Assembly (NCBI GenBank): GCA_964596325.1
Contig: CAZQSQ010000001.1
Span: 69,070 to 127,755, forward strand
Length of the DNA: 58,686 bases
DNA from: an uncultured Candidatus Saccharibacteria bacterium
Lineage (GTDB): Bacteria; Patescibacteriota; Minisyncoccia; Minisyncoccales; JAGOPM01
Direction of reading: 5' to 3'
Position numbers and translations under genes: made by a program. Below, in pieces: positions 36,430 to 46,300 of this stretch. Within the stretch, counting starts at the first letter, position 1, and every line of letters begins with the position of its first letter. The notes under the pieces are model-generated. The model was not told the DNA's origin and ran no database searches. It saw only the letters and a program-made list of their open reading frames with translations.

Positions 36430-36496
36430 GTATCTATTCAAATTTTAATATCTAAATCTTAAACGTAAACAATTTTTAATTATTAGATATTTTTCA

Positions 36497-38557
36497 TCAC
36501 TTCCCTTTTATTTCCCAATTTTTAGATTTGATTCTGGCGATAATATTATTGACAACATTGTCCGCATCCTGCGAGGATAAAGTTTTCTCCCTAGATTGCA
36601 AAATTATGTGGAAGGAAAGTGATTTCTTGCCCGAAGGATTATTTTTCCCCTCATAAATATCGAAAAGCTCCACATTTTTGACAAAAGCATTAGCTCCCTG
36701 CTGTATTTCAAAAATAACATTATCCACCAAAACTTCCTCAGGGACCAAAACAGAAAGATCGCGGACAATTGAGGGGAAACGGGAAATTTCTTGATATTGG
36801 TTGTCAAAATCCGCCAGCTTGCAGATCGCGGCAAAATCAACTTCAAAGGCGGCAATACTCAGATTAAGGCCCTTGCGCTTGCCCAGCTCTGGGCTTAGCT
36901 GCCCCAAAAAGCCGACTCTTTGCCCTTCAACTTCAATTATGGCGCAATTACCCGAAACATAAGAATCGGAGGCTTCTTGGCTAGGGATATAATGAATATC
37001 AGTAATTGCCAAACCCTCCAAGCTCGCATTAAGCGCCTGCTTGGCTTCTAAAAAAGCGTCGTGGGCGTCGGGCTTGGCGCAAACACCGGCAAAAATTATA
37101 CGTTCATCCTTGGTTTGGTCGATAAGCTTGCCATGGCGGCGAAATTCCTTGCCGATTTCATAAAAACGCAGATTCTCCGTTGCACTTTGATTGGCCGCAA
37201 GAACTTTTACCAAATTAATAAGCAAGCGGGGGCGCAAAGCACGAAACTCCGAAGAGAGAGGATTCTCAAGTAAAATAAGATCCTCATCTTTTAAGAGCCA
37301 ATTCTTGCTATCGTCTTCACCGATAAAACTGTAGTTAACCGTTTCAAGCCAGCCCAAAGCTTTCATTTCTTGGCGTAAAACATTAGGCCAGACAAATTGG
37401 TCAATCTGGTGGGCCGGCGCAACAATTTCTTTGGGAAATTGCGGTTCGATTTTCTCATAACCCCAAATTCTGATTATTTCCTCGATTAAATCTTCCGGCC
37501 ACTCGATATCCTGCCGCCAAAATGGAACGCCGACATCCAAAACCCCGGGCTTAACCTTTTTGCAAGCAAAACCTAGGCGACCCAGTGTGGCGATAATTTC
37601 TTTTTCTGGCACACTTATGCCCAATACTTTGACGACTTTTTCGATTGTTAAGCGGACAATTTGCTTTCTTTCTTTGGTTTTAGCCGTATCAATCATGCCC
37701 GTTGCCAATTTGCCGCCCGCCGCTTTCAAGATAAGCTCGGCCAAGACATTGGCACCGGTCTGGGCAAACATCGGGTCTAAACCGTGTTCAAAACGAGAAG
37801 AAGCATCAGTGCGCAAACCTAAATCGCGCGACGCCCCCCTTATCAAATGTTGTTCGAAATTTGCCGATTCGATGATAACCGTTTTGGTCTTTGCATCAAT
37901 CTCTGCCGCCTTGCCGCCCTTAATGCCGGCAATGGCTAAGGGTTTTTGCGCGTCAGTAATAAGCAGAATTCTTTCATTCAAAGAATATTCCTTATCGTCA
38001 AGGCAAGAAATTTTCTCCCCTTTCTTAGCATAGCGGACAATTATTTCTTTTTTAGTATGGCCCGCAATCTTATCATAATCAAAGCAATGCAAAGGCTGGC
38101 CATATTGGAGCATCACATAATTGGCTGCGTCGACAATATTATTAATCGGGCGTAAGCCACAAGTTTCCAAGACTTCGCAGAGCCAGCGCGGCGAGGGGCC
38201 CACTTTAACCCCCGCAATCACCCGTGCGCAATAGCGCGGATTAGCTTTTTTATCTTCAGAGACGACAGAGAGAAAGCTGTTAACTTTGAGCTTGCCGTCC
38301 TCTTTAAGCTTAGGCGCAACTAAGGTAATTTTTTGGTTCAAAATGGCGGCCACCTCCCAAGCAATCCCTACATGCGACAAGCAATCCGGCCGATTGGGAA
38401 GGATATCAATATCAATGGCGAAATCCTTGCCTTGTTTTTGCAGCCCGTCGATTTCAAAAACATGCAAAGCAATCTCTTGCGCCAGTTTTTCGGGCGTGGG
38501 CAATTTTTTCTTAAAATAAGATTGGAGGAAATTATAGGAAAACTTCATAATAATCAA
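36497..38557 (-). CDS. pheT: Phenylalanine--tRNA ligase beta subunit (short form without the N-terminal OB-fold tRNA-binding domain).
   Basis: The N-terminus is (MIIM)KFSYNFLQSYF... The sequence passes from ...EIDGL directly to ...IDILPNRPDCLSHVGIAWEVAA, skipping the EMAP-like OB domain, which accounts for 686 aa versus about 800. B3/4, B5 and FDX-ACB-like regions are present. The true start may be the ATG at 38548. Confidence 0.9.
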   Translation of the reverse strand: MIIMKFSYNFLQSYFKKKLPTPEKLAQEIALHVFEIDGLQKQGKDFAIDIDILPNRPDCLSHVGIAWEVAAILNQKITLVAPKLKEDGKLKVNSFLSVVSEDKKANPRYCARVIAGVKVGPSPRWLCEVLETCGLRPINNIVDAANYVMLQYGQPLHCFDYDKIAGHTKKEIIVRYAKKGEKISCLDDKEYSLNERILLITDAQKPLAIAGIKGGKAAEIDAKTKTVIIESANFEQHLIRGASRDLGLRTDASSRFEHGLDPMFAQTGANVLAELILKAAGGKLATGMIDTAKTKERKQIVRLTIEKVVKVLGISVPEKEIIATLGRLGFACKKVKPGVLDVGVPFWRQDIEWPEDLIEEIIRIWGYEKIEPQFPKEIVAPAHQIDQFVWPNVLRQEMKALGWLETVNYSFIGEDDSKNWLLKDEDLILLENPLSSEFRALRPRLLINLVKVLAANQSATENLRFYEIGKEFRRHGKLIDQTKDERIIFAGVCAKPDAHDAFLEAKQALNASLEGLAITDIHYIPSQEASDSYVSGNCAIIEVEGQRVGFLGQLSPELGKRKGLNLSIAAFEVDFAAICKLADFDNQYQEISRFPSIVRDLSVLVPEEVLVDNVIFEIQQGANAFVKNVELFDIYEGKNNPSGKKSLSFHIILQSREKTLSSQDADNVVNNIIARIKSKNWEIKGK

Positions 38558-38637
38558 TTTAGAATTTAGAAATTATAATGCAGAACTTAAATTTATAATT
38601 ACTAATTTTAATTCTGAATTATACATCCTACACTATC

Positions 38638-39669
38638 TTAGAATTGTTCCAAAAACCTGACGTCATTCTGCCTAAAAAGCCTGATGTCGTTAATCTTGTA
38701 TTTCATCATGGCGAGCCTGTCAGCGCCCATACCAAAAGCAAAACCTTGCCACTGGCGCAAATCAAGCTTGGCGGAATTAAAAACATTGGGGTGCACCATA
38801 CCCGCGCCCATGATTTCTACCCAACCGTTTTGTTTGCAGACCGGGCAGCCCTTCCCGCCGCAGGCCAAACAACTCATATCCACTTCAAAACTGGGCTCGG
38901 TGAACGGGAAAAAACTGGGGCGGAGGCGGATTTTCACCTCGCGGCCAAAAAACTTTTTCAAAAATTCCAGAATAACGGTTTTCAAATTAGCTACGGAAAT
39001 ATTTTCGCCAATCATCAGACCCTCAATCTGGCAAATATCAAATTCATGGCTGGCATCAGTAGCCTCATGTCTGAAAACCTTGCCCGGAACAATAATGCGC
39101 AATGGCGGATTATGGCTTTCCATATAGCGCACCTGCATTGGGCTGGTGTGCGTCCTCAAAAGCAATGGCTCGCCCTTGATATTTTTATCCTTCAACCAAA
39201 ATGTATCCCATTTGTCGCGCGCCGGATGGTCTTTAGGAATATTAAGTGCATCAAAATTATACCAAGGAGTTTCAATCTCCGGCCCGTCCACGATGGCAAA
39301 GCCCATCTGCTCGAAAATTTCCTGCGCCTGCCTTAAAACCCGGGACAAGGGATGGATGTGTCCCCTGATTCTTTTCTTGGCCGGGACAGTAACATCGATT
39401 TTTTTTACGGAAATTTGGCCAACTTTCAAACTGTTCTCCTTTTCAAAAAGCGCTTGCCTGATTTGTTTATTCAAATTATTGGCCAGTCCGCCGATTGCCA
39501 CTTTTTCCTCAGCCGACAAATCTTTTAAGCTGCGTAAAATTTTCGTCACTAAGCCTGTTTCTTTGCTTAGGTATTTATCAAAAACCGCGGCTAAATCTCC
39601 GGAATTTTTTACATTTTCCAAATCAATTTCGAACTGCTTTTTCAGTTCTTCGATTGCCATTTTGTCCAT
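38638..39669 (-). CDS. pheS: Phenylalanine--tRNA ligase alpha subunit.
   Basis: Class II aaRS motifs: RPSFFPFTEPSFEVD and GWVEIMGAGMVHPNVF...GFAFGMGADRLAMM. Confidence 0.95.
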   Translation of the reverse strand: MDKMAIEELKKQFEIDLENVKNSGDLAAVFDKYLSKETGLVTKILRSLKDLSAEEKVAIGGLANNLNKQIRQALFEKENSLKVGQISVKKIDVTVPAKKRIRGHIHPLSRVLRQAQEIFEQMGFAIVDGPEIETPWYNFDALNIPKDHPARDKWDTFWLKDKNIKGEPLLLRTHTSPMQVRYMESHNPPLRIIVPGKVFRHEATDASHEFDICQIEGLMIGENISVANLKTVILEFLKKFFGREVKIRLRPSFFPFTEPSFEVDMSCLACGGKGCPVCKQNGWVEIMGAGMVHPNVFNSAKLDLRQWQGFAFGMGADRLAMMKYKINDIRLFRQNDVRFLEQF

Positions 39670-39714
39670 ATATTACAATGAATTTTAGCAAATTTAACCT
39701 TAAAAGTCAAAACC

Positions 39715-41292
39715 CTACTCCCCATACCAACCGTAAAGATCATCATAACAATCCTTGGTCAATTTAAGATTTTTGGCGAACTTCTGAAAACAGGCCCGGC
39801 GAGGGCTCATCTGGGTAGAATATTCGCAAACCGAACCAATACCGGAGTTGGGCCCGGCCCAATACCGGCAAGCGGCCAAATTCTCCGCGTATTCGGTCTT
39901 TTTATTCGCCCCCAAAGCAATCAGATACTTGGCCGCCGCGACAAAATTGGTGCAAACATTAAAAGGGCTGTATTTGGCCGTTGTCACACCGAAGATATAT
40001 TTGGCTGAAGCGGCCGTGGCCTCCATTTTAGAACGATAGGTGGAGGGAATAAATTGCACCTGCCCTACTGCACAATTATATGACATGGGCATCGTTCGGC
40101 ACTTGCTGGCAGGTATGGGCGCCTTATCGCAGATGTAGTAAAAATCCTGCCGATCGGATCTTATGGAGGGAGAGCAATTCCCGATGGCATAACCGCCCAT
40201 ATCGCGGCCAAGCTTTGTCTCTTGGGCGGAAATCGCGGCTAAAAATTCTGGTCTAATCGGCAAATATTGGGAAATCCTTTTCGCAATCGCATAAGCCCGA
40301 TCCGCATTGACTTTATACCCTTCAGTAATGGCATTGCTGCACAAAACGCTCAAATTTGTCGGGGTGGGTTTGTCGGGTATTAAATAGACGTATTCCGTAC
40401 TATTCTCAATGGGTGAACTTTGCCACGGCCGCTTCTGCCGGGTAAAAACTCTCAGCTCATATTTTTGGCCGGGCGAAACATTAAATTTCAACGGGATACT
40501 GAACTCCTGAGAGCCCTTGCGCTTGCCATAGCTTATCTCCTTCTTGGCAATATTATCCCCGTAATATTCCACTAACAATTCATATTCGTCACTAGTCCAA
40601 GCAGTTACCCGCCCATTAATTACGGGATTTTTAGTGTCTTTTTTAGTGAAGTAATAAAACTCCGGAACCGGCGAAAAAGGCAAACAAATATCATCTGAAC
40701 CTATGGCCAGACCACCCTCAACATTAAAGGCGGTAGCGCCAATACAAATGCTTTCATTGGGCATCAAACCCTTAAAAACCGTGGAAACCATGACTGTGCC
40801 GCCATCCTTAACCGAATACTGGGTTTTCCCCGGATGGGTAATAATGTATTGGCTTTGCTCTATTCTCTGAATGGTTGAAAGATTATTAAGATTCCGCTCG
40901 GAGTGATAGCCTAATTTTATATAATATTCGGCTTTGGGATTATTGGAAATCATTTTATAGCCGAACGTCACCTTCTTGGTTTTGACATCATATTTTGGAC
41001 TTATCAAATGGATACCAAAACTGTCATGGTTGATATCGGTATAAATGCCGCTGCTTTCTTGGGCTAAAGTCTTTTGCTGGCCTAGACGGTCAATGGCGCT
41101 TTTAATACCCGAAACAGTTTCTGAAGATATTTGGCTATTGTTAGGCCCCGTGGCGTAATAAACTTTATTTGTCGAATCATAGCTGACTTGGGTTTTATTA
41201 TAGATAAAACCACTGGCCAAATCTTGAGCGGCTAAAACGCCTCCTCCCAAAAATATTCCCGCCAAGAAGATAACTGATAATATTTTTTTCAT
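39715..41292 (-). CDS. Secreted protein with a C-terminal lytic transglycosylase (SLT)-like domain.
   Basis: Signal peptide MKKILSVIFLAGIFLGGGVLAA. The C-terminal AISAQETKLGRDMGGY...AVGQVQFIPSTY matches the E-S/T...GxMQ SLT signature. Confidence 0.6.
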   Translation of the reverse strand: MKKILSVIFLAGIFLGGGVLAAQDLASGFIYNKTQVSYDSTNKVYYATGPNNSQISSETVSGIKSAIDRLGQQKTLAQESSGIYTDINHDSFGIHLISPKYDVKTKKVTFGYKMISNNPKAEYYIKLGYHSERNLNNLSTIQRIEQSQYIITHPGKTQYSVKDGGTVMVSTVFKGLMPNESICIGATAFNVEGGLAIGSDDICLPFSPVPEFYYFTKKDTKNPVINGRVTAWTSDEYELLVEYYGDNIAKKEISYGKRKGSQEFSIPLKFNVSPGQKYELRVFTRQKRPWQSSPIENSTEYVYLIPDKPTPTNLSVLCSNAITEGYKVNADRAYAIAKRISQYLPIRPEFLAAISAQETKLGRDMGGYAIGNCSPSIRSDRQDFYYICDKAPIPASKCRTMPMSYNCAVGQVQFIPSTYRSKMEATAASAKYIFGVTTAKYSPFNVCTNFVAAAKYLIALGANKKTEYAENLAACRYWAGPNSGIGSVCEYSTQMSPRRACFQKFAKNLKLTKDCYDDLYGWYGE

Positions 41293-41293
41293 A

Positions 41294-43258
41294 TTATATT
41301 TCTTTAATAGCTTGAATTACGTCCTCATAAGAATAGCCGGTCTTATAGTAGCAATAATTTGATCCGTTTTTCGAAGACCAAACCCTTTTCCGATAAAGTT
41401 CATTAAAACAAAAAGTGAAATCCGAAACACCCGAGGAATAATTTCCATAATCAATAAACAAGCAAAGGGGCTTAAACAGCCAATGTATATGGCCGTGATA
41501 ATATGTTTGTGAGGCCATTTTTTCGGCGCATTCAGTTCTCTTATCTGCACCATCTCCGGAAAGTTTCGTGGCGGAAAATGTCAAACCCTCGCAAACATTC
41601 CAAGGACTGGGCTCGACGGTATAATTCCATAATTTTTTGATATTCTCGCGGGCGGCCACCCGATTAGCCATCCAAGTTCCGGGCATAAACTGCGAAATTC
41701 CCATAGCCCCGCCATAGACGCCGTCAGCCGGAGCCGAAACGCCAACTTCGCCGCGCTTAAGCCCCAATAAAGAGGTAATCTTATAAAAAGTATCGCATTG
41801 CCAGCCGCCCACTTGGCCAAGCTCAAAACACAGCTCGTGCATCGGATAATAATCAGTGGTCGGCTTATGGTTTAAGCCACTCTCCTGCGAGGCAATGCCC
41901 AATAAAAATCCGGGGCGAATGGCCACCTTCTCGGAAATCTGGCGGGCAATCTGCAAGGCCCGGCCCAATTTGACCTTCCCAATTTCCAGCCTCTTTACGG
42001 AGCAAACATTATTATATTTTTGGGTCTTAAAACAAACCCGCTGCCCCTCATTTTGCTTTTCAACTTTACTATCCGTAATGCCGACAATAGCCCGATAACA
42101 ATATTCGGTTCCGGGTTTGGTATTTATCTGCAAAGTTTTATTTTGCGGCCCAGTTAAATAAATTTTTTCTGAATAATTAACTTTTGATGGCTTAGACGCC
42201 TCTATCCAGCGAAATTGCAGATAATACTTTTTATCCGCGAAATACGGCATGGCCTTAGCCTGAAGTTGCGCACTGTTGGCTTTAACCTCAGAGGGCGGCA
42301 TGGTTTTCACCATGGGAATATTCGGGAAACAAACTTTTTGCCCCCAGGTTACTTTTATGGGGTTCAAATAAGTGGCAAAGGGCTGCATACACCAATAATC
42401 GTTGCGCCCGATTGTTTTCTCCGGTTGCTGAGCAATGGGGATATAGCCGAAAGCCTGATGATATTTTGAACCGCCCTTAACCTTAGAATTTAAGACGACC
42501 AGATTGGGCACCCCATCATCCTTCCACCAAAAAAATCCGTAACCAAAATAACGGTCTTTATTACTCACTAAAAAACTGGCATCCAAAATAGCCTTTTGCG
42601 TCTTGGGAAAATACCGGGCGCTTTCCGTAACCACGGCGATTTTATCATCCTCTGAACCACTGGCCCCGCTAGCCTCAAAAGGCGCGAAAGAATCACCTAA
42701 AACCGTAGGAAGGCCGGCAGTATTTGGCAGGCGGTATTTGGGGTTACTGAAAAGATCATCAGGAACGGCCGGATAAATTTGCTCACTGCCCACGCTGCCA
42801 AAATACTCTTCTTGAGAATTCTTTTCGATAAGCGTTTGAGCACAGGCTTGATCGCACTGATCCTTATCAAAATAACAATTACCGCCAAGGTCCTGCTCAT
42901 CTTGGGTCAGCGCCAAATCACAGGAGTGAACATCATTAAATTTATTACCAGTTTCAACGCACTCGCCCCTATCGCTTTGGCAATAATACATAATTGCCGG
43001 ATTCTCCCGATATTCCCCAAACTCATACATCTTCCGGACGCGGTCAACTAAGTTCTTAGCCGTTCGCTCATCTTTGGCCGAATAAATAAAATTATATCCG
43101 TCGATCTTTTCTTGAAAATAATAATAACTACTCGAAGCGTCTTTTTGGATAGTGAAATTTTTATATGCAAAAACATCCTCAGCCGCTGTTTTAGCCAATG
43201 GACTGAAGGCCAATACCAACACAAAAAACACCAGATAAAGGCGCTTATCCATATTCAC
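41294..43258 (-). CDS. Secreted protein with a C-terminal SLT-like domain; a paralogue of the previous gene.
   Basis: Signal peptide MNMDKRLYLVFFVLVLAFSPLAKTAA. The C-terminal GIASQESGLNHK...GAMGISQFMPGTW resembles the downstream gene's ...RISQYLPIRPEFLAAISAQE... Confidence 0.6.
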   Translation of the reverse strand: MNMDKRLYLVFFVLVLAFSPLAKTAAEDVFAYKNFTIQKDASSSYYYFQEKIDGYNFIYSAKDERTAKNLVDRVRKMYEFGEYRENPAIMYYCQSDRGECVETGNKFNDVHSCDLALTQDEQDLGGNCYFDKDQCDQACAQTLIEKNSQEEYFGSVGSEQIYPAVPDDLFSNPKYRLPNTAGLPTVLGDSFAPFEASGASGSEDDKIAVVTESARYFPKTQKAILDASFLVSNKDRYFGYGFFWWKDDGVPNLVVLNSKVKGGSKYHQAFGYIPIAQQPEKTIGRNDYWCMQPFATYLNPIKVTWGQKVCFPNIPMVKTMPPSEVKANSAQLQAKAMPYFADKKYYLQFRWIEASKPSKVNYSEKIYLTGPQNKTLQINTKPGTEYCYRAIVGITDSKVEKQNEGQRVCFKTQKYNNVCSVKRLEIGKVKLGRALQIARQISEKVAIRPGFLLGIASQESGLNHKPTTDYYPMHELCFELGQVGGWQCDTFYKITSLLGLKRGEVGVSAPADGVYGGAMGISQFMPGTWMANRVAARENIKKLWNYTVEPSPWNVCEGLTFSATKLSGDGADKRTECAEKMASQTYYHGHIHWLFKPLCLFIDYGNYSSGVSDFTFCFNELYRKRVWSSKNGSNYCYYKTGYSYEDVIQAIKEI

Positions 43259-43292
43259 TTATCCCTATTTTAGCATTAGTTTTTCCAAGAAA

Positions 43293-43320
43293 AAAACCGC
43301 CCTTCCACAGGGCGGTTTTT
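43293..43320 (-). terminator. Terminator 3 nt after the stop of the giant gene.
   Basis: Minus-strand hairpin AAAAACCGCCC-TGTGGAA-GGGCGGTTTTTTT. Confidence 0.6.
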
Positions 43321-43322
43321 AC

Positions 43323-46300
43323 TTATTTGAACGGTATCGGGTTAGCTGAATCAACCGGCTTGCCGTTAACATAGATGCGCGCTCCGACACAAAATCCGCT
43401 GTTCTTTAGGAATAAATAGTCAGGATTAAAACTATAAATTCCCTTAGAGTCAACTTTGGTCCCGGCGCGGCCCATTTCAATGGCAATGGCTTTATTGTCG
43501 CAAGGATACAAGATGAATTGTGGCTTATAGTTTGCCGCTGTTCCGGCTTTAGCCCCAATGATTTGGGCTTGCATCTTGGAACCGCCATCCCCGGAAGTAG
43601 CGCTCTTAATCATGACTCTTAAGCCACCAGCCTCAAGACATGGCCCCTCATTGGAGAGGATGTATTTGGCCGCTTCCATCTGGCATTTATCATCAAAGGT
43701 TTGGTAATCGTAGGAGCCCGCACTGCTAAGCACCTTGCCGCAGACCTGACTGCAACCCTTGCTGCAACCGCAATCCGATTTGGTTTCCATGCCCGCACCG
43801 CATTGATTGTTCTCAAATTTTTCAGGCATGGCGTCGATTATGTTTTTCTTCAAATAATTTAACTGGGAATGCTCGCGATCAAAACTGAATCTTCCAACGC
43901 CTTCCCGAAGCTTTAATGAATAATATGCGCCAAAGCCCACTGGCTGATATGTATAGAAAATCCCCACTCCCTTATAGCATTCGCAATTAGAGGCACTACG
44001 ATAATTTGGATTGCTCGCCCATCCATTTAGAACTTCCTTAGCTTTTTTGTCAGCTTCCTCTTCACTCTTAAAGCTTGTCTGAGCTGCTTTCCCATTGTCT
44101 AGATTGGAGCCGGTTATTGACACAGCGTATTCGTTGCATACAGGATTATATTCGACAAAATATGACGTTTTGTTGTAGCAGCGTTGCGAGACCTTAAATC
44201 CGTCAATTTGCTGCCAAATATTATCGTCATCGCCCCGACCGCAAGTATTAGTACATTTCTTGATGCCAGTCATTCCTTGCGAAATAGGAGCTAATTTCTC
44301 GCAACAAGTTTGATTAGCTTTCACCACCTCTCCTTCCTTGATGCAAGTTGACAGGTCAACCTTCTTAACACAAACATCATTCTTTAATTCAAACCCTTCA
44401 CAGCATTTTCCAGCGCCAGTCAAAGGAGATTGGCCATCTTTGCCGCATTTTTCGCAAAGAACATTACTACTATCGTAAAACTCCACCAATCCTGTGCAGC
44501 ACGGCAAATCGCTGCCGGCACCCACAACCATAGCCTCGCCTTCTTTAATGCATTGCCTTATAATCTCACAACTCTGCGCATTGAAATTGGTGGCACCGTT
44601 GACTAATTGGACAACCGTTTGGCCGCTGGCCACCGCAGATGATTTGCCAGCTAAAAGTATTGCCCCGCTATTTTTCTTCACCTTTACCTGATATTTAACA
44701 ATCGTCTGATCTTGAAAATCATTAACCGGCACTTCGACAATGCTACCACTAGCGCTTGTATCTACGACATCAGGATTAAGGAAAAGTTTTACGCTTGCAT
44801 TGCGGCATGTATCGGCTTTGAGCGAACAGGTCAGACTGATATTCAGTTCCTGAGTACAATCGTCCTTGCCAAAAGTTACTACATCGGCTCGGACAATCTT
44901 GCCGCCAGCCTCGGCCGCTCCGTAATTTAAGTAAATCATCTGCGTCTTGAATTGGGAATTAAGCGGGGAGGTTCCAAAGGAATCCTTAAGGGTTGACTCC
45001 TGGTAGAATAAATCCGTCTGACCATTATTCCAAGAAATATAATCAATAGTAGCTTGATAAAATGCATTTTTGAAAGCCGTAAAGGCAAATGCGACTGCGC
45101 ATTTCTTAGTTGTACCCTCGCGGACTAAATAATAATCTCCTTTAATTTCGGCGTCACAACCAATAGTCGAATCGAACTTCGGATGACTCTCGCCACTTGA
45201 CGTTTTAACTGAAAATGAATAGGCACTGGGCGCCACCGATGCCCTTATTGGGAAATAAGCATCCCCGCCGATAGCAGTAATAGAGAACGTAATACTCCCT
45301 TCGGCGCTTTCTGGCTTAATACCTGCTGCGCTGACTTTATTAATCTTTGAGTCAACAAATTTCAATAAGACAGACGCTCCTTCTTTTTTGGGGATAAACT
45401 GCATGCCGCCCTTTGCGACCGCTGTCTTGCAATCTTGGACTGCCGCTTCCACAAAGTATAATTGGCCTTCCTTCAAGCTAGAGCAATCACCGGTGTAAGT
45501 GAAAACGGGATTGGCCTTGGTGGGCATTTGGCTTACATGCAATGGCTCCATGGCCCGACCCGCAAAACCGGAAACATTGAACCAAGCATCTTTAATTTTG
45601 CCAGTAGCGGAAATCACCTCGCCGGTAAGCGTAAGCTTGCCATTGACACAAGTGGCAGGAGCAATGGCTTTGACTTGCAAGGCCTCATTGCCAAAATCCC
45701 CCACGCAAGCGCTTAAACAATTCTTTGCCTCGATGGACGGATTAACGGAAACTTTGGCATTCTTGTACGAGACATCAATCGATATAGACACATCGTCATT
45801 AATTAATCCAAGCAGAGTTGAGGTATATCCATTCGAAGCGGTTGGATGCTCAATGCCTTGGAATCTTGAAGGTCCAAGGTTGAACTCCGGCCAAGCGTCT
45901 TGCACCAGCTTTCCATTTGCATCGAACACCTGCGCCTTAATATTGGCTTGGTATTTGCCAGTTTGAGTATCTAAGCACTTCACGTCCGTCATCCAAGCCT
46001 TGATCGTATAGTCACCCTGCCAATTCTTACAAGCTTCCTCAATGGCAGCAAAGGAAAGATTGGTCTGGGCATTATTATATTTGAATTGGATTTCTTTACC
46101 GGTATAAGTGGTAATAGGAGCACTCATTGATATCCAAGTATTACCCAATGAATCGGTCGGAGAGCTGATCTCAACAAAATCAGAAAATATTGTCCCCGGA
46201 ATTGCATAGGAAATCTTGGCTCCGGAAACAAACTTCTCAGCAATTGCCGCCTCTTTTAAGTTGACATTAACTTTAGTACTGAAATTCTTTCCGTCGGCGC

